Notes under the pieces: generated by a model
Told to the model about the DNA's origin: nothing
The model's database searches: none
Seen by the model: only the letters and a program-made list of their open reading frames with translations
In this document: in pieces, positions 18,524 to 26,969 of the stretch
How the letters are laid out: the number at the start of each line of letters is the position of its first letter
Numbering within the stretch: the first letter of the stretch is position 1
Source: Parcubacteria group bacterium GW2011_GWA2_40_14
GTDB lineage: Bacteria > Patescibacteriota > Minisyncoccia > Phycocordibacterales > DATDWN01
DNA: 64,000 nucleotides
NCBI GenBank assembly: GCA_000996025.1
Contig: LBYF01000001.1
Location: 3,507-67,506, forward strand
Reading direction: 5' to 3'
Program-made: the position numbers and the translations under genes

Positions 18524-19999
18524 ATGATTATTTCAAGTATTTTTGGTTTTATTTCAGGTATTGGCGTGGGTTCATTTTTTTATATCAATCTCGGAATTTT
18601 TCTTGCCCTCGGGTTTTTGATAATAATATTTTTTATATATAAAAATTTTGTTCCTGAGGAAAATCGTCGTGTTTTAGTTTTTATTTCCATTTTTCTTCTA
18701 GGAACACTCTGTGGATTAGCTAGAGTAACATTTTCCAATCTTTATACCACATCGCAACTCGGTTCATTTGTAGAACAGAAAATTTCTACGGAGGGTATTA
18801 TCGTCGGTGAGCCGGATGTTAGAGAAAACAATACAAAATTGACCGTGCGTTTGTCGCAAGTTAATTTTTTAAATAGCACTACTTCTGTTTCAGAGAAAAT
18901 ATTGGTAACCACATCTCTGTATCCAGAATTTCATTATGGCGACAAAGTTGCAATAGTTTTAACTTTGAAAGAGCCAAAAAATATAGATTCTGGCGATGGA
19001 CATGTCTTTGATTATAAAGGGTATCTGAAAGTCAGGGGAATTTGGTATACAGCCAGTTTTGTCAAAATAAGCCTTATTTCTAGGGGCCATGGCAGTTTGA
19101 TTAAAACGGGATTATTCAAAATAAAGCACGCATTTACGGCTTCATTAAATAGAGTATTGCCCGAGCCAGAATCCAGTCTCATGGCAGGATTACTTCTCGG
19201 TACAAAACAATCTTTGGGCAAAGATTTACTTCTGGAATTTCAGAAGACGGGTGTGTCACATATAATTGTGCTTTCTGGTTACAATATTGCCATTGTGGCA
19301 ACAAGCATTATGTCTTTTTTGAGTTTCTTGCCGAAAAGTTTTTCTTTCAGTTTTGGAATTGGCAGTATTATTTTGTTTACTATTCTCTCTGGAGGAAGCG
19401 CTTCAGCATGGCGAGCGGCTATTATGGTCATGGCCGCTCTTGTAGCCAAAAGATATAACCGCGATTACAAAGCCAGTCGCGTACTCGGCTTTGCTATCGT
19501 GCTTATGCTTGCTCCCAACCCACTCCTTCTTATTTTTGACCCATCATTTCAACTTTCAGTGTTGGCTACTATCGGAATTATTTTTGTTTCACCTCTTATT
19601 TTCCCATATTTTAAATGGGTAACAAAAAAATGGGAGTTCCGAGAAATTATTTCCACCACCATCGCCACTCAATTAACCGTCCTGCCATTTCTTATTTACA
19701 ATACAGGTCTTTTCTCTCTTGTTTCTCTGCCGGTGAACATTTTAATTCTTGCTACCATACCCACAACAATGTTTCTCGGTTTTATTACCGGTATCGCTGG
19801 TTTAATTTCACTTTATCTATCTTTCATCCCGGCATTTTTTGCTTATATTCTCCTCTGGTATCAGCTCACAGTCGTCCACATTGGAGCTAGCCTACCTTTC
19901 GGCTCAATTCTTCTCGCCACATTTTCTCCACTCGTTTTAATTTTCACCTACTTAATAATTTTCCTATTTTTGTATTTTCTAAAAAAGCAAACTATTTAA
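18524..19999 (+). CDS. comEC: ComEC/Rec2 competence membrane channel protein (N-terminal and transmembrane part only)
   Basis: It is polytopic with a ComEC-like core; no beta-lactamase domain lies in the same ORF. The track ORF begins at a TTG at 18497. Confidence 0.7.
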   Translation: MIISSIFGFISGIGVGSFFYINLGIFLALGFLIIIFFIYKNFVPEENRRVLVFISIFLLGTLCGLARVTFSNLYTTSQLGSFVEQKISTEGIIVGEPDVRENNTKLTVRLSQVNFLNSTTSVSEKILVTTSLYPEFHYGDKVAIVLTLKEPKNIDSGDGHVFDYKGYLKVRGIWYTASFVKISLISRGHGSLIKTGLFKIKHAFTASLNRVLPEPESSLMAGLLLGTKQSLGKDLLLEFQKTGVSHIIVLSGYNIAIVATSIMSFLSFLPKSFSFSFGIGSIILFTILSGGSASAWRAAIMVMAALVAKRYNRDYKASRVLGFAIVLMLAPNPLLLIFDPSFQLSVLATIGIIFVSPLIFPYFKWVTKKWEFREIISTTIATQLTVLPFLIYNTGLFSLVSLPVNILILATIPTTMFLGFITGIAGLISLYLSFIPAFFAYILLWYQLTVVHIGASLPFGSILLATFSPLVLIFTYLIIFLFLYFLKKQTI

Positions 20000-20441
20000 A
20001 GTATTTGCTGAAGTAGTCTTTACAGTACTCAAAACTATATTGAAATCCAGAATGTAATGGTTCTGGTAAGTTATCTATTTTAAACCAACCAAGCTCTTCA
20101 ATTTTATGAGGCTCATTATTTTTTACTTCATCTCAATTTACTTTGATGATAAACGGCATTGCAATCCAGTGAGTTTTTACACCGTTGAACATTCTAAAAA
20201 TATCATGTGCGGGAAGGCGCTCTGAAATCTCTCCTTTGCACCCGTATTCTTCCCGCACTTCTTGGAGAACATTTTCCTCGACTAAAAGATTAAATTCTAG
20301 TTTTCCTCCACCCGGATCCCATTTTCCTTGCTCATCCCTACACTGCAGACCTCTTTTGTGCATGAATAGATTTCCTTCTCCATCGTGGCAATAGAATGGA
20401 GTTGTGATACCAACATAGTCGTATCCAATTTTCATATCCAT
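19992..20441 (-). pseudogene. NUDIX hydrolase interrupted by an in-frame TGA at 20133-20135
   Basis: The upstream part has the Nudix box GGGKLEFNLLVEENVLQEVREEYG. After the TGA the same frame continues for 46 codons with NUDIX-like sequence (DEVKNNEPHKIEELGWFKIDNLPEPLHSGF...) to a TAG at 19992. Confidence 0.55.
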
Positions 20442-20443
20442 AC

Positions 20444-21046
20444 TTATTTTGCTACACTGTTAAAATTCTCCTCAACCTTCTTCCAATTCAGATTTGCAAA
20501 AAAATCTTCAACGTATTGTTTCTTGCCAGATGGTTGGTAGTCGGCGACAAAGGCGTGTTCCCACATATCTAAAGCGAGTATCGGAGTGCATCCAACGAGC
20601 TGGCCGAGCTGATGGTCTTCAATGTAGGCGTTCAGTAGTCTGTGTTCTTTTGTATCTAGGTAGAGCATTGCCCAGCCTACTCCGCGAGTCATGGCGATTG
20701 ACTTGAACCTCGCAAGCCAAGTGTCAAATGAACCCCATAGATAGACAATTGATTTATATAATTCTCCGTCTGGTGAAATGGGAGATGGTCCGTCGGACAG
20801 AGAATCAAAATAAACTTCATGATTTCGCATACCGTCATATTCAAATCCAAACCTTCTCTGTGTTTCGTTGATAATGATAATATATGTATCCGTCTGGCCG
20901 GATTTTGTGAACTCATCGATTTTTTCCAAAGCAAAATTGGTATGTTTGACATATCCCGCATAGAGCTTCAAATGTTCCTCAATTGTCTTGCTCGAAACTC
21001 CTTTTAATTCGGGGATATTAAATTTTTTCTCTTCAAATTGCATCAT
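20444..21046 (-). CDS. sodA: Fe/Mn superoxide dismutase
   Basis: The DMWEHAF motif and the N-terminal helical hairpin H-x-x-H are present. Confidence 0.9.
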   Translation of the reverse strand: MMQFEEKKFNIPELKGVSSKTIEEHLKLYAGYVKHTNFALEKIDEFTKSGQTDTYIIIINETQRRFGFEYDGMRNHEVYFDSLSDGPSPISPDGELYKSIVYLWGSFDTWLARFKSIAMTRGVGWAMLYLDTKEHRLLNAYIEDHQLGQLVGCTPILALDMWEHAFVADYQPSGKKQYVEDFFANLNWKKVEENFNSVAK

Positions 21047-21094
21047 AGTAGTTTTTAAATTTTAAATTAAAAATTTTCCTATATACTATAGCAT

Positions 21095-22006
21095 ATGAGG
21101 CAAATTTTTCTGAATGTTCGGACTTATCTACGATGGTATGCTCTCATTTTTCTAGTATTTTTTAGCGTCATTTTGTGGTTTGCTGTAATCCACGAAGACA
21201 GAAATGGGATTTTGACTTTTGCTGTTCTGGATGTTGGCCAAGGCGATGCCCTTTTTATTGAATCTCCCACGGGTACGCAGGTTTTGGTGGATGGCGGTCC
21301 CGGCAAAACCCTTATGCGAGAAATAACCGCTGTCATGCCATGGTATGACAGACATATAGATATGTTGGTTGTAACCAATCCGGACAAAGACCACTACGAG
21401 GGATTCATACCTCTTACGGGCAAATATTCTATTGATGTAGTGGTTGAACCGGGAACAGTATCGCTAACTTCGGAGTATGCAGTGTTGGAAAAAGAAATTG
21501 CTGTGAAGAAAATAACCAAAATTTTGGCCAGACGAGGACAAATAATAGACCTCGGTGGAGGAGCGTATTTGCAAATCCTTTTTCCTGACCGTGACGTTTC
21601 CGGATTATCCTCAAATAACGGCTCAATTGTTACGCGTTTAGTTTATGGCCATACATCCGTTATCTTACAGGGCGATTCTACTTCAAATATAGAGAATTAT
21701 CTAGTTACACTAGGGGAGGGTAACTTAAAAAGCACCATACTCAAAGCTGGTCACCACGGCTCGCGGACAAGTACATCGGAAGAATATGTTACAGCGGTTT
21801 CACCGCTGTGGACGGTTATTTCTTCTGGGATAAATAATAGTTACGGACATCCGCACAAAGAAACGTTGGACACTTTGAATAAATTAAAAATCCCCACGCT
21901 CGATACTTGTAATAATGGCAGAATCATTTTTGAATCGGATGGCAAAAGTTTTATTCTGAAAAATAAAAATCCTATTCTCGCGATATCTGGATGTGTTAAG
22001 AAATAA
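21095..22006 (+). CDS. Membrane-anchored metallo-beta-lactamase-fold protein resembling the ComEC C-terminal domain
   Basis: There is an N-terminal TM and a LDVGQGDA...H.GSRTS MBL-type motif set, as in the ComEC nuclease domain. Confidence 0.65.
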   Translation: MRQIFLNVRTYLRWYALIFLVFFSVILWFAVIHEDRNGILTFAVLDVGQGDALFIESPTGTQVLVDGGPGKTLMREITAVMPWYDRHIDMLVVTNPDKDHYEGFIPLTGKYSIDVVVEPGTVSLTSEYAVLEKEIAVKKITKILARRGQIIDLGGGAYLQILFPDRDVSGLSSNNGSIVTRLVYGHTSVILQGDSTSNIENYLVTLGEGNLKSTILKAGHHGSRTSTSEEYVTAVSPLWTVISSGINNSYGHPHKETLDTLNKLKIPTLDTCNNGRIIFESDGKSFILKNKNPILAISGCVKK

Positions 22007-22023
22007 AATTTTCATATAATAAA

Positions 22024-22072
22024 ATCATACACGTTCTTTGCGATCGCAAAGAACGTGTATGATTTTATTATG
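22024..22072. terminator. Perfect 22-bp-stem palindrome centred on GCGATCGC between the convergent MBL gene and rpmB
   Basis: The sequence is aaaatcatacacgttctttgcgatcgcaaagaacgtgtatgatttt. Confidence 0.6.
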
Positions 22073-22089
22073 AGTAAAACGTGGGAGTT

Positions 22090-22332
22090 CTAAATAAGGT
22101 CGGCTTTTTTGAGAGTAGCAAAAGCGCCGTTTTTCTGGATGGTTTTGATGCCACGAGCAGAGAGGGTCAGTGTCATTGACTTTTTCAGTTCAGGAATGTA
22201 GATCTTCTTTTTTTGAAGATTTGCGTATTTACGCTTCATTCCCGTGGGGTTGAACTGGGTTGCACGAGTGCGGTTTGAGTATCCACCTTGCAGTTGGGAA
22301 GATTTCCCAGTTATGATACATACTTTAGCCAT
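22090..22332 (-). CDS. rpmB: 50S ribosomal protein L28
   Basis: MAKVCIITGKSSQLQGGYSNRTRATQFNPTGMKRK is typical of L28. The start was moved to the internal ATG. Confidence 0.8.
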   Translation of the reverse strand: MAKVCIITGKSSQLQGGYSNRTRATQFNPTGMKRKYANLQKKKIYIPELKKSMTLTLSARGIKTIQKNGAFATLKKADLI

Positions 22333-22445
22333 AGTGTTTACGACTTCCAAATTTGGCGAACTCCTTGCTAAAATCTGAAAAATTCTCGTCACCGTACATG
22401 AGTACGACTCCTCGCTTTTTTCAGATTTTCACTTCGGATTTCATC
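22333..22445. repeat. Family-5 element forming the rpmB 5' leader (CGCCAAATTTGGAAGTC motif 10 nt upstream of the ATG)
   Basis: It shares a GTCACCGTAC..GTACG hairpin core and CCAAATTTGG terminal words with the copies at 31221 and 43411. Confidence 0.65.
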
Positions 22446-22507
22446 CAAATTATGAAAGTCTTGAATATATAATAATATCCGCGTTATGGTATCATAGAAT
22501 TATAAAT

Positions 22508-23122
22508 ATGCAAATTGATTTTATATTTTCCATTTTGATACTTATTTTTTCTGTCATTGTCCATGAGGTTTCTCACGGGTTTGCGGCATATTTGCAAGGC
22601 GACAATACGGCAAAATTTGCTGGACGATTAACCCTAAATCCCCTCAGTCATTTGGAATGGTTCGGTTCCTTCCTCCTGCCAGTCATGTCCTATTTTCTCG
22701 GAGGGTTTATTATTGGCTGGGCAAAACCGGTGCCGTTTAATCCATACAATTTACGCAACCAAAGATGGGGAGAATCCATTGTAGCTTTTGCTGGACCGGC
22801 TGCAAATATTTGTTTAGCTCTAATCTTCGGATTGCTTATTCGTTTTGGAGTTTTGATTCAGTTTGGTGAAGCTTTTGTCCAAATAGCCGTTATGATTGTT
22901 TTTATAAATCTTATCCTTGCTACATTTAATCTCATTCCCATACCACCACTGGACGGTTCCAAAATCCTTTTTTCTGTTTTGCCAAATAGTTTACTTGAAG
23001 TCCGTTCGTTTCTAGAAAGAAACAGTATATTTATTTTAATTTTCTTTATCTTTTTCCTCTGGCAATTTATTTTGCCTCTCGTATCTCTTGAATTTTCTCT
23101 CATTACTGGATTTGCCTTGTAA
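22508..23122 (+). CDS. Site-2 protease family (M50) zinc metalloprotease
   Basis: HEVSHG (HExxH) lies within a TM helix, and the protein is polytopic. Confidence 0.75.
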   Translation: MQIDFIFSILILIFSVIVHEVSHGFAAYLQGDNTAKFAGRLTLNPLSHLEWFGSFLLPVMSYFLGGFIIGWAKPVPFNPYNLRNQRWGESIVAFAGPAANICLALIFGLLIRFGVLIQFGEAFVQIAVMIVFINLILATFNLIPIPPLDGSKILFSVLPNSLLEVRSFLERNSIFILIFFIFFLWQFILPLVSLEFSLITGFAL

Positions 23123-23180
23123 AATAAAGCTTTTTGGTGGGTTAGAAAAGAAAATAGAAAAATTGCTTGATTTTCAATGT

Positions 23181-23216
23181 CATCTCATACGATATATCGT
23201 ATGAGATGAAGTTTTG
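23181..23216. repeat. Family-7 perfect palindrome (catacgatatatcgtatg)
   Basis: The sequence is tctcatacgatatatcgtatgaga. Confidence 0.55.
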
Positions 23217-23264
23217 CATTTTGTTTGCAATTTTTTTCTATACACCACGAGCTTAAAAGACTTT

Positions 23265-23400
23265 CAGATTTGAGACAAGGTCGCGTATAAAATGCAAAAG
23301 AGAAGCGGAGGCGTACTTAGTGGTACGACGAGCATCACTTTTGCATTTTAGACGATGAGATTGGCCAAATGTGGAAGTCAAAAACCACACGGTTGCAATA
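23265..23400. promoter_or_regulatory. rpsL leader: 12-bp-stem hairpin (aaaatgcaaaag...cttttgcatttt) plus a GATTGGCCAAATGTGGAAGTC family-5 motif
   Basis: The same 14-mer gagattggccaaat occurs in the rplT leader, and related motifs occur in the tuf, rpmB and rpmC leaders. Confidence 0.55.
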
Positions 23401-23429
23401 TTGGTACATATGTATTACCATTGCAACCA

Positions 23430-23843
23430 ATGTCTACGATAAATCAGTTAGTCCGTCACAAGCGAACAAAAGTTAAAGTTAAGCCGCGAGCAGTGGCTCT
23501 TACTCGCGGATTTAACAATCTGACAAACCGTCCGGTTTTTTATCCTGCTCCATTCAAACGAGGGGTTTGCACAAAAGTAACAACAAAGACTCCAAAGAAA
23601 CCAAACTCTGCTATACGAAAGATTGCCCGTGTTCGTCTGACAAACGGCATGGAAGTGACAGCTTATATTCCGGGTATGGGACATACTCTACAAGAGCACT
23701 CTGTGGTTTTGCTTCGAGGCGGAAAGGTGAAAGATGTCGGTGTACGTTATACTATTGTCCGAGGGATGTTAGACGCGACTGGGGTAGAAAAGAGAATGAA
23801 GGGGCGAAGCCGTTACGGTGCCAAGAGACCGAAAGGCAAATAA
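23430..23843 (+). CDS. rpsL: 30S ribosomal protein S12
   Basis: [12 protein letters not shown]...[10 protein letters not shown] is S12-like. The start was moved to the internal ATG. Confidence 0.9.
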   Translation: MSTINQLVRHKRTKVKVKPRAVALTRGFNNLTNRPVFYPAPFKRGVCTKVTTKTPKKPNSAIRKIARVRLTNGMEVTAYIPGMGHTLQEHSVVLLRGGKVKDVGVRYTIVRGMLDATGVEKRMKGRSRYGAKRPKGK

Positions 23844-23936
23844 TCGAGACACGAGTACCGAGATACGAGAAACGAAGAAAATAAATGCATTCATAATCGT
23901 AATTCGGGTCTCGTAACTCTTAACTCTATCAAAAAG
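23844..23936. repeat. Family-3 palindromic repeat (CGTAACTCT words) between rpsL and rpsG
   Basis: The arms are cgagacacgagtaccgagatacgag...cgtaattcgggtctcgtaactcttaactc, and the copy ends 10 nt before the ATG. Confidence 0.7.
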
Positions 23937-24425
23937 ATGAGAAGAAAAGTCATAAACAGAAATATAGTTGGAAAAGATATTGAGTTCAACTCGGAAAAAG
24001 TTGGCAAATTTATTAATTATGTTATGGAAAGGGGTCAGAAAGAAACTGCGCGAAAAATTGTTTACGACGCATTTGAAATAATAAAAGATAAGGCGTTAGC
24101 TACGAAAGAAGCTACGATCGCGGATGCGCTTGAAATTTTTGAAACAGCTTTGAAAAATACGGGACCTTTGACAGAAGTTCGTTCACGAAGAGTTGGTGGG
24201 GCCAACTATCAGATTCCTCGTGAAGTTCGCCCAGAGAGACGAGTTTTCCTTTCCATGAAATGGATTATTGACTCTGCTCGCGATGGCAAGGGCAAGCCAA
24301 TGGCAAAAAAATTGGCAGATGAAATTATTTTAGCAAGTAAAAATGAAGGTAAAGCTGTTAAAAAGAGGGAAGATACGCACAAGATGGCGGAGGCCAATAA
24401 GGCCTTCGCCCATTTTGCATGGTAG
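23937..24425 (+). CDS. rpsG: 30S ribosomal protein S7
   Basis: The 162-aa ORF is typical S7 (GKKETA..VGGANYQIP). Confidence 0.9.
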   Translation: MRRKVINRNIVGKDIEFNSEKVGKFINYVMERGQKETARKIVYDAFEIIKDKALATKEATIADALEIFETALKNTGPLTEVRSRRVGGANYQIPREVRPERRVFLSMKWIIDSARDGKGKPMAKKLADEIILASKNEGKAVKKREDTHKMAEANKAFAHFAW

Positions 24426-24620
24426 TTTTTCTGGTCTTTTTGCCGAATTTCTTTGCTCTCGGTTTTGCCTGCTCCACGCAACGTACTGCTGTACGTTTTG
24501 GTCACAGTCAAAACCTGCGATCTTCGAAATTCAACAAAAATCCTCACAAAAACTTACAACTTTGACCTTTGCGAAAAATCCTCGGACCGAAAATATTCTC
24601 AACATCTGAATTTAACTAGG
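24426..24620. repeat. Degenerate family-5-like element in the rpsG-fusA spacer
   Basis: It contains an acgtac..gtacgt hairpin and a ggtcac word. This is the weakest match in the family. Confidence 0.35.
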
Positions 24621-24715
24621 CAAGACCTAGTCATATATTATAGATTGCTCAAAAAGGTGTTTTAGTATATAGTCTTATCTATTCTTATCCGAGAGGATTT
24701 TTTATTTTATAAACG

Positions 24716-26857
24716 ATGAATAGAGATTACACATTAGATAAAGTCAGAAATTTTGGAATCATAGCCCACATTGATGCGGGTAAAACAACCACATCTGAAC
24801 GCGTTTTATTCTATACAGGGATGACTCACAAAATCGGTGAGGTGCATGAAGGTGAAACGGTTACTGATTGGATGGATCAGGAGCGCGAGCGCGGAATTAC
24901 TATCACGGCTGCGGCCATTACCTGCTTCTGGAATAAAACGGATACAGAGAAAAAACCTGACAGCATGTATCGTTTCAATATTATTGACACTCCTGGTCAC
25001 ATTGATTTTACTGCAGAGGTTAAACGCTCGCTTCGCGTACTTGACGGGGCAGTAGTGGTTTTTGACGGTGTTGCCGGGGTTGAACCACAATCAGAAACTA
25101 ACTGGCGATATGCAGATGACGGAAATGTTCCAAGAATATGTTTTATAAACAAACTTGACCGAACAGGAGCTTCTTTTGAGCGTTCATACGCATCTATTTT
25201 AGACCGATTAAATAAAAATGCCGTACGTATGCAGATTCCGATGGGTTTGGAAGATAAGTTTGAGGGTGTTATTGACCTTTTAAAAATGAAAGCATACTTT
25301 TTTGAAGGAAATATGGGAATAACCATACGAGAGGAAGAAATTCCAGCTGAATTTCTAGAAGAAGCGAAAAAATACAGAGCAGAACTGATAGAGAAAATAG
25401 TGGAGCAGGACGACAAGATGATGGAGGCGTTTCTAGAAGGCAAGGAGCCATCGTTTGAGGATTTGAAAAAAACTTTGCGCAAAGCAACTCTGGCGGTAAA
25501 AATTATTCCTGTTTTTGCCGGTTCTGCACTGAAAAACAAAGGCGTTCAGCTTGTCCTTGACGCAGTGGTGGATTACCTGCCATCTCCTGTTGATATGCTT
25601 CCGGTTTGCGGACTTGACCCAAAAACAGGCGAGGAGATTTTCCGTAAGCCATCAGACGAAGAGCCATTTTCTGCTCTGGCTTTCAAACTCCAAAACGACC
25701 CGTTTGTTGGGCAGCTGACATTTTTCCGTGTCTACTCCGGAACGTTAGAAGCTGGAACATATATATACAACTCAACAACGGGCGAGAAGGAACGCCTTGG
25801 ACGTATTGTTCGCCTCCAGGCAGACAAACGTGAGGAGGTCAAAAAAGTTTTCTCTGGAGAAATCGCTGCGGCAGTGGGATTAAAGAGCGCAAAAACTTCT
25901 CACACTCTCTGCGATGAAGACAAACCGATTATTCTAGACCCAATTAAATTTGTGGACCCTGTCGTCTCTTTGCGTATTGAACCAAAAACAAAAGCTGACC
26001 AAGAAAAAATGGGTATGTCACTCAAAAAACTTGGAGACGAAGACCCCACCTTTGTTATTTCCTCAAACAGCGAAACAGGTGAAAGTATTATTTCCGGAAT
26101 GGGTGAATTGCATTTGGAAATTATGGTGGAACGTTTGAAACGAGAGTTTGGGGTAGAAGTAAATGTCGGCAAACCACAAGTGGCATATAGAGAAACAATT
26201 TTGGGTACTGCAGAAGCGGAACATAAATACATAAAACAAACAGGAGGCAAAGGACAATACGGACACGTCAAACTGACACTGAAGCCTTTGGAGAAAATTG
26301 AAGAAGGAAAAAAGATTCCAAAGAACACACATAGATACGAGGATTTTGAATTTATTGACTCAATAAAGGGAGGGGTTATTCCGCAAGAATTTATTCCGGC
26401 TGTAGAAAAAGGCGTACATGAGGCCATGGACCGGGGAATTGTGGCCGGATACAAAATGGTCAATGTATCCTGCGAGCTTACCTACGGTTCTTATCACGAC
26501 GTGGACTCATCGGAAATTGCATACAAAATTGCCGCTTCGCAGGCATTTCAAGATGCGGCAAAGAGAGCTCGTCCTGTTATCCTTGAGCCGATTATGAAAG
26601 TGGAAGCAATCATGCCGGAACAGTTCATGGGAGACATCACTGGTTCGCTTTCTGGAAAACGAGGTCAGATAGAAGGTATGGATGAACGTGGAATGCTCCG
26701 AGTTATACACGCCAAAGTGCCTCTGTCTGAAATGTTTGGCTATACCACAGACATCCGTTCAATGACCCAAGGTCGCGGTTCAGTCCAAATGGAATTTGAC
26801 CACTATGAGGTGGTGCCACCGAACGTGGCTACAACAATTATAGAATCAAGAAAATAA
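24716..26857 (+). CDS. fusA: Elongation factor G
   Basis: The 713-aa ORF has the G1 motif AHIDAGKTT and all five EF-G domains. Confidence 0.95.
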   Translation: MNRDYTLDKVRNFGIIAHIDAGKTTTSERVLFYTGMTHKIGEVHEGETVTDWMDQERERGITITAAAITCFWNKTDTEKKPDSMYRFNIIDTPGHIDFTAEVKRSLRVLDGAVVVFDGVAGVEPQSETNWRYADDGNVPRICFINKLDRTGASFERSYASILDRLNKNAVRMQIPMGLEDKFEGVIDLLKMKAYFFEGNMGITIREEEIPAEFLEEAKKYRAELIEKIVEQDDKMMEAFLEGKEPSFEDLKKTLRKATLAVKIIPVFAGSALKNKGVQLVLDAVVDYLPSPVDMLPVCGLDPKTGEEIFRKPSDEEPFSALAFKLQNDPFVGQLTFFRVYSGTLEAGTYIYNSTTGEKERLGRIVRLQADKREEVKKVFSGEIAAAVGLKSAKTSHTLCDEDKPIILDPIKFVDPVVSLRIEPKTKADQEKMGMSLKKLGDEDPTFVISSNSETGESIISGMGELHLEIMVERLKREFGVEVNVGKPQVAYRETILGTAEAEHKYIKQTGGKGQYGHVKLTLKPLEKIEEGKKIPKNTHRYEDFEFIDSIKGGVIPQEFIPAVEKGVHEAMDRGIVAGYKMVNVSCELTYGSYHDVDSSEIAYKIAASQAFQDAAKRARPVILEPIMKVEAIMPEQFMGDITGSLSGKRGQIEGMDERGMLRVIHAKVPLSEMFGYTTDIRSMTQGRGSVQMEFDHYEVVPPNVATTIIESRK

Positions 26858-26867
26858 CATAAATTTT

Positions 26868-26935
26868 AAAAACTCTACAGACACTGGGTGTCTGTAGAGT
26901 TTTTTGCTAACACTGGGTGTTAGCAAGTTTTTAAT
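26868..26935 (+). terminator. Tandem pair of family-6 hairpins (both with an ACACTGGGTGT loop) after fusA
   Basis: Each of ctctacagacactgggtgtctgtagag and gctaacactgggtgttagc is followed by a T-run. Confidence 0.65.
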
Positions 26936-26969
26936 TGCGAGTAGTTTCTAAAGGCGATACAATATAAGT

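Noticed and set aside
20133-20135. Selenocysteine insertion at the NUDIX TGA
   Set aside because: I could not identify a convincing SECIS-type stem-loop immediately downstream by eye, and NUDIX hydrolases are not known selenoproteins. This is left as unlikely but testable.
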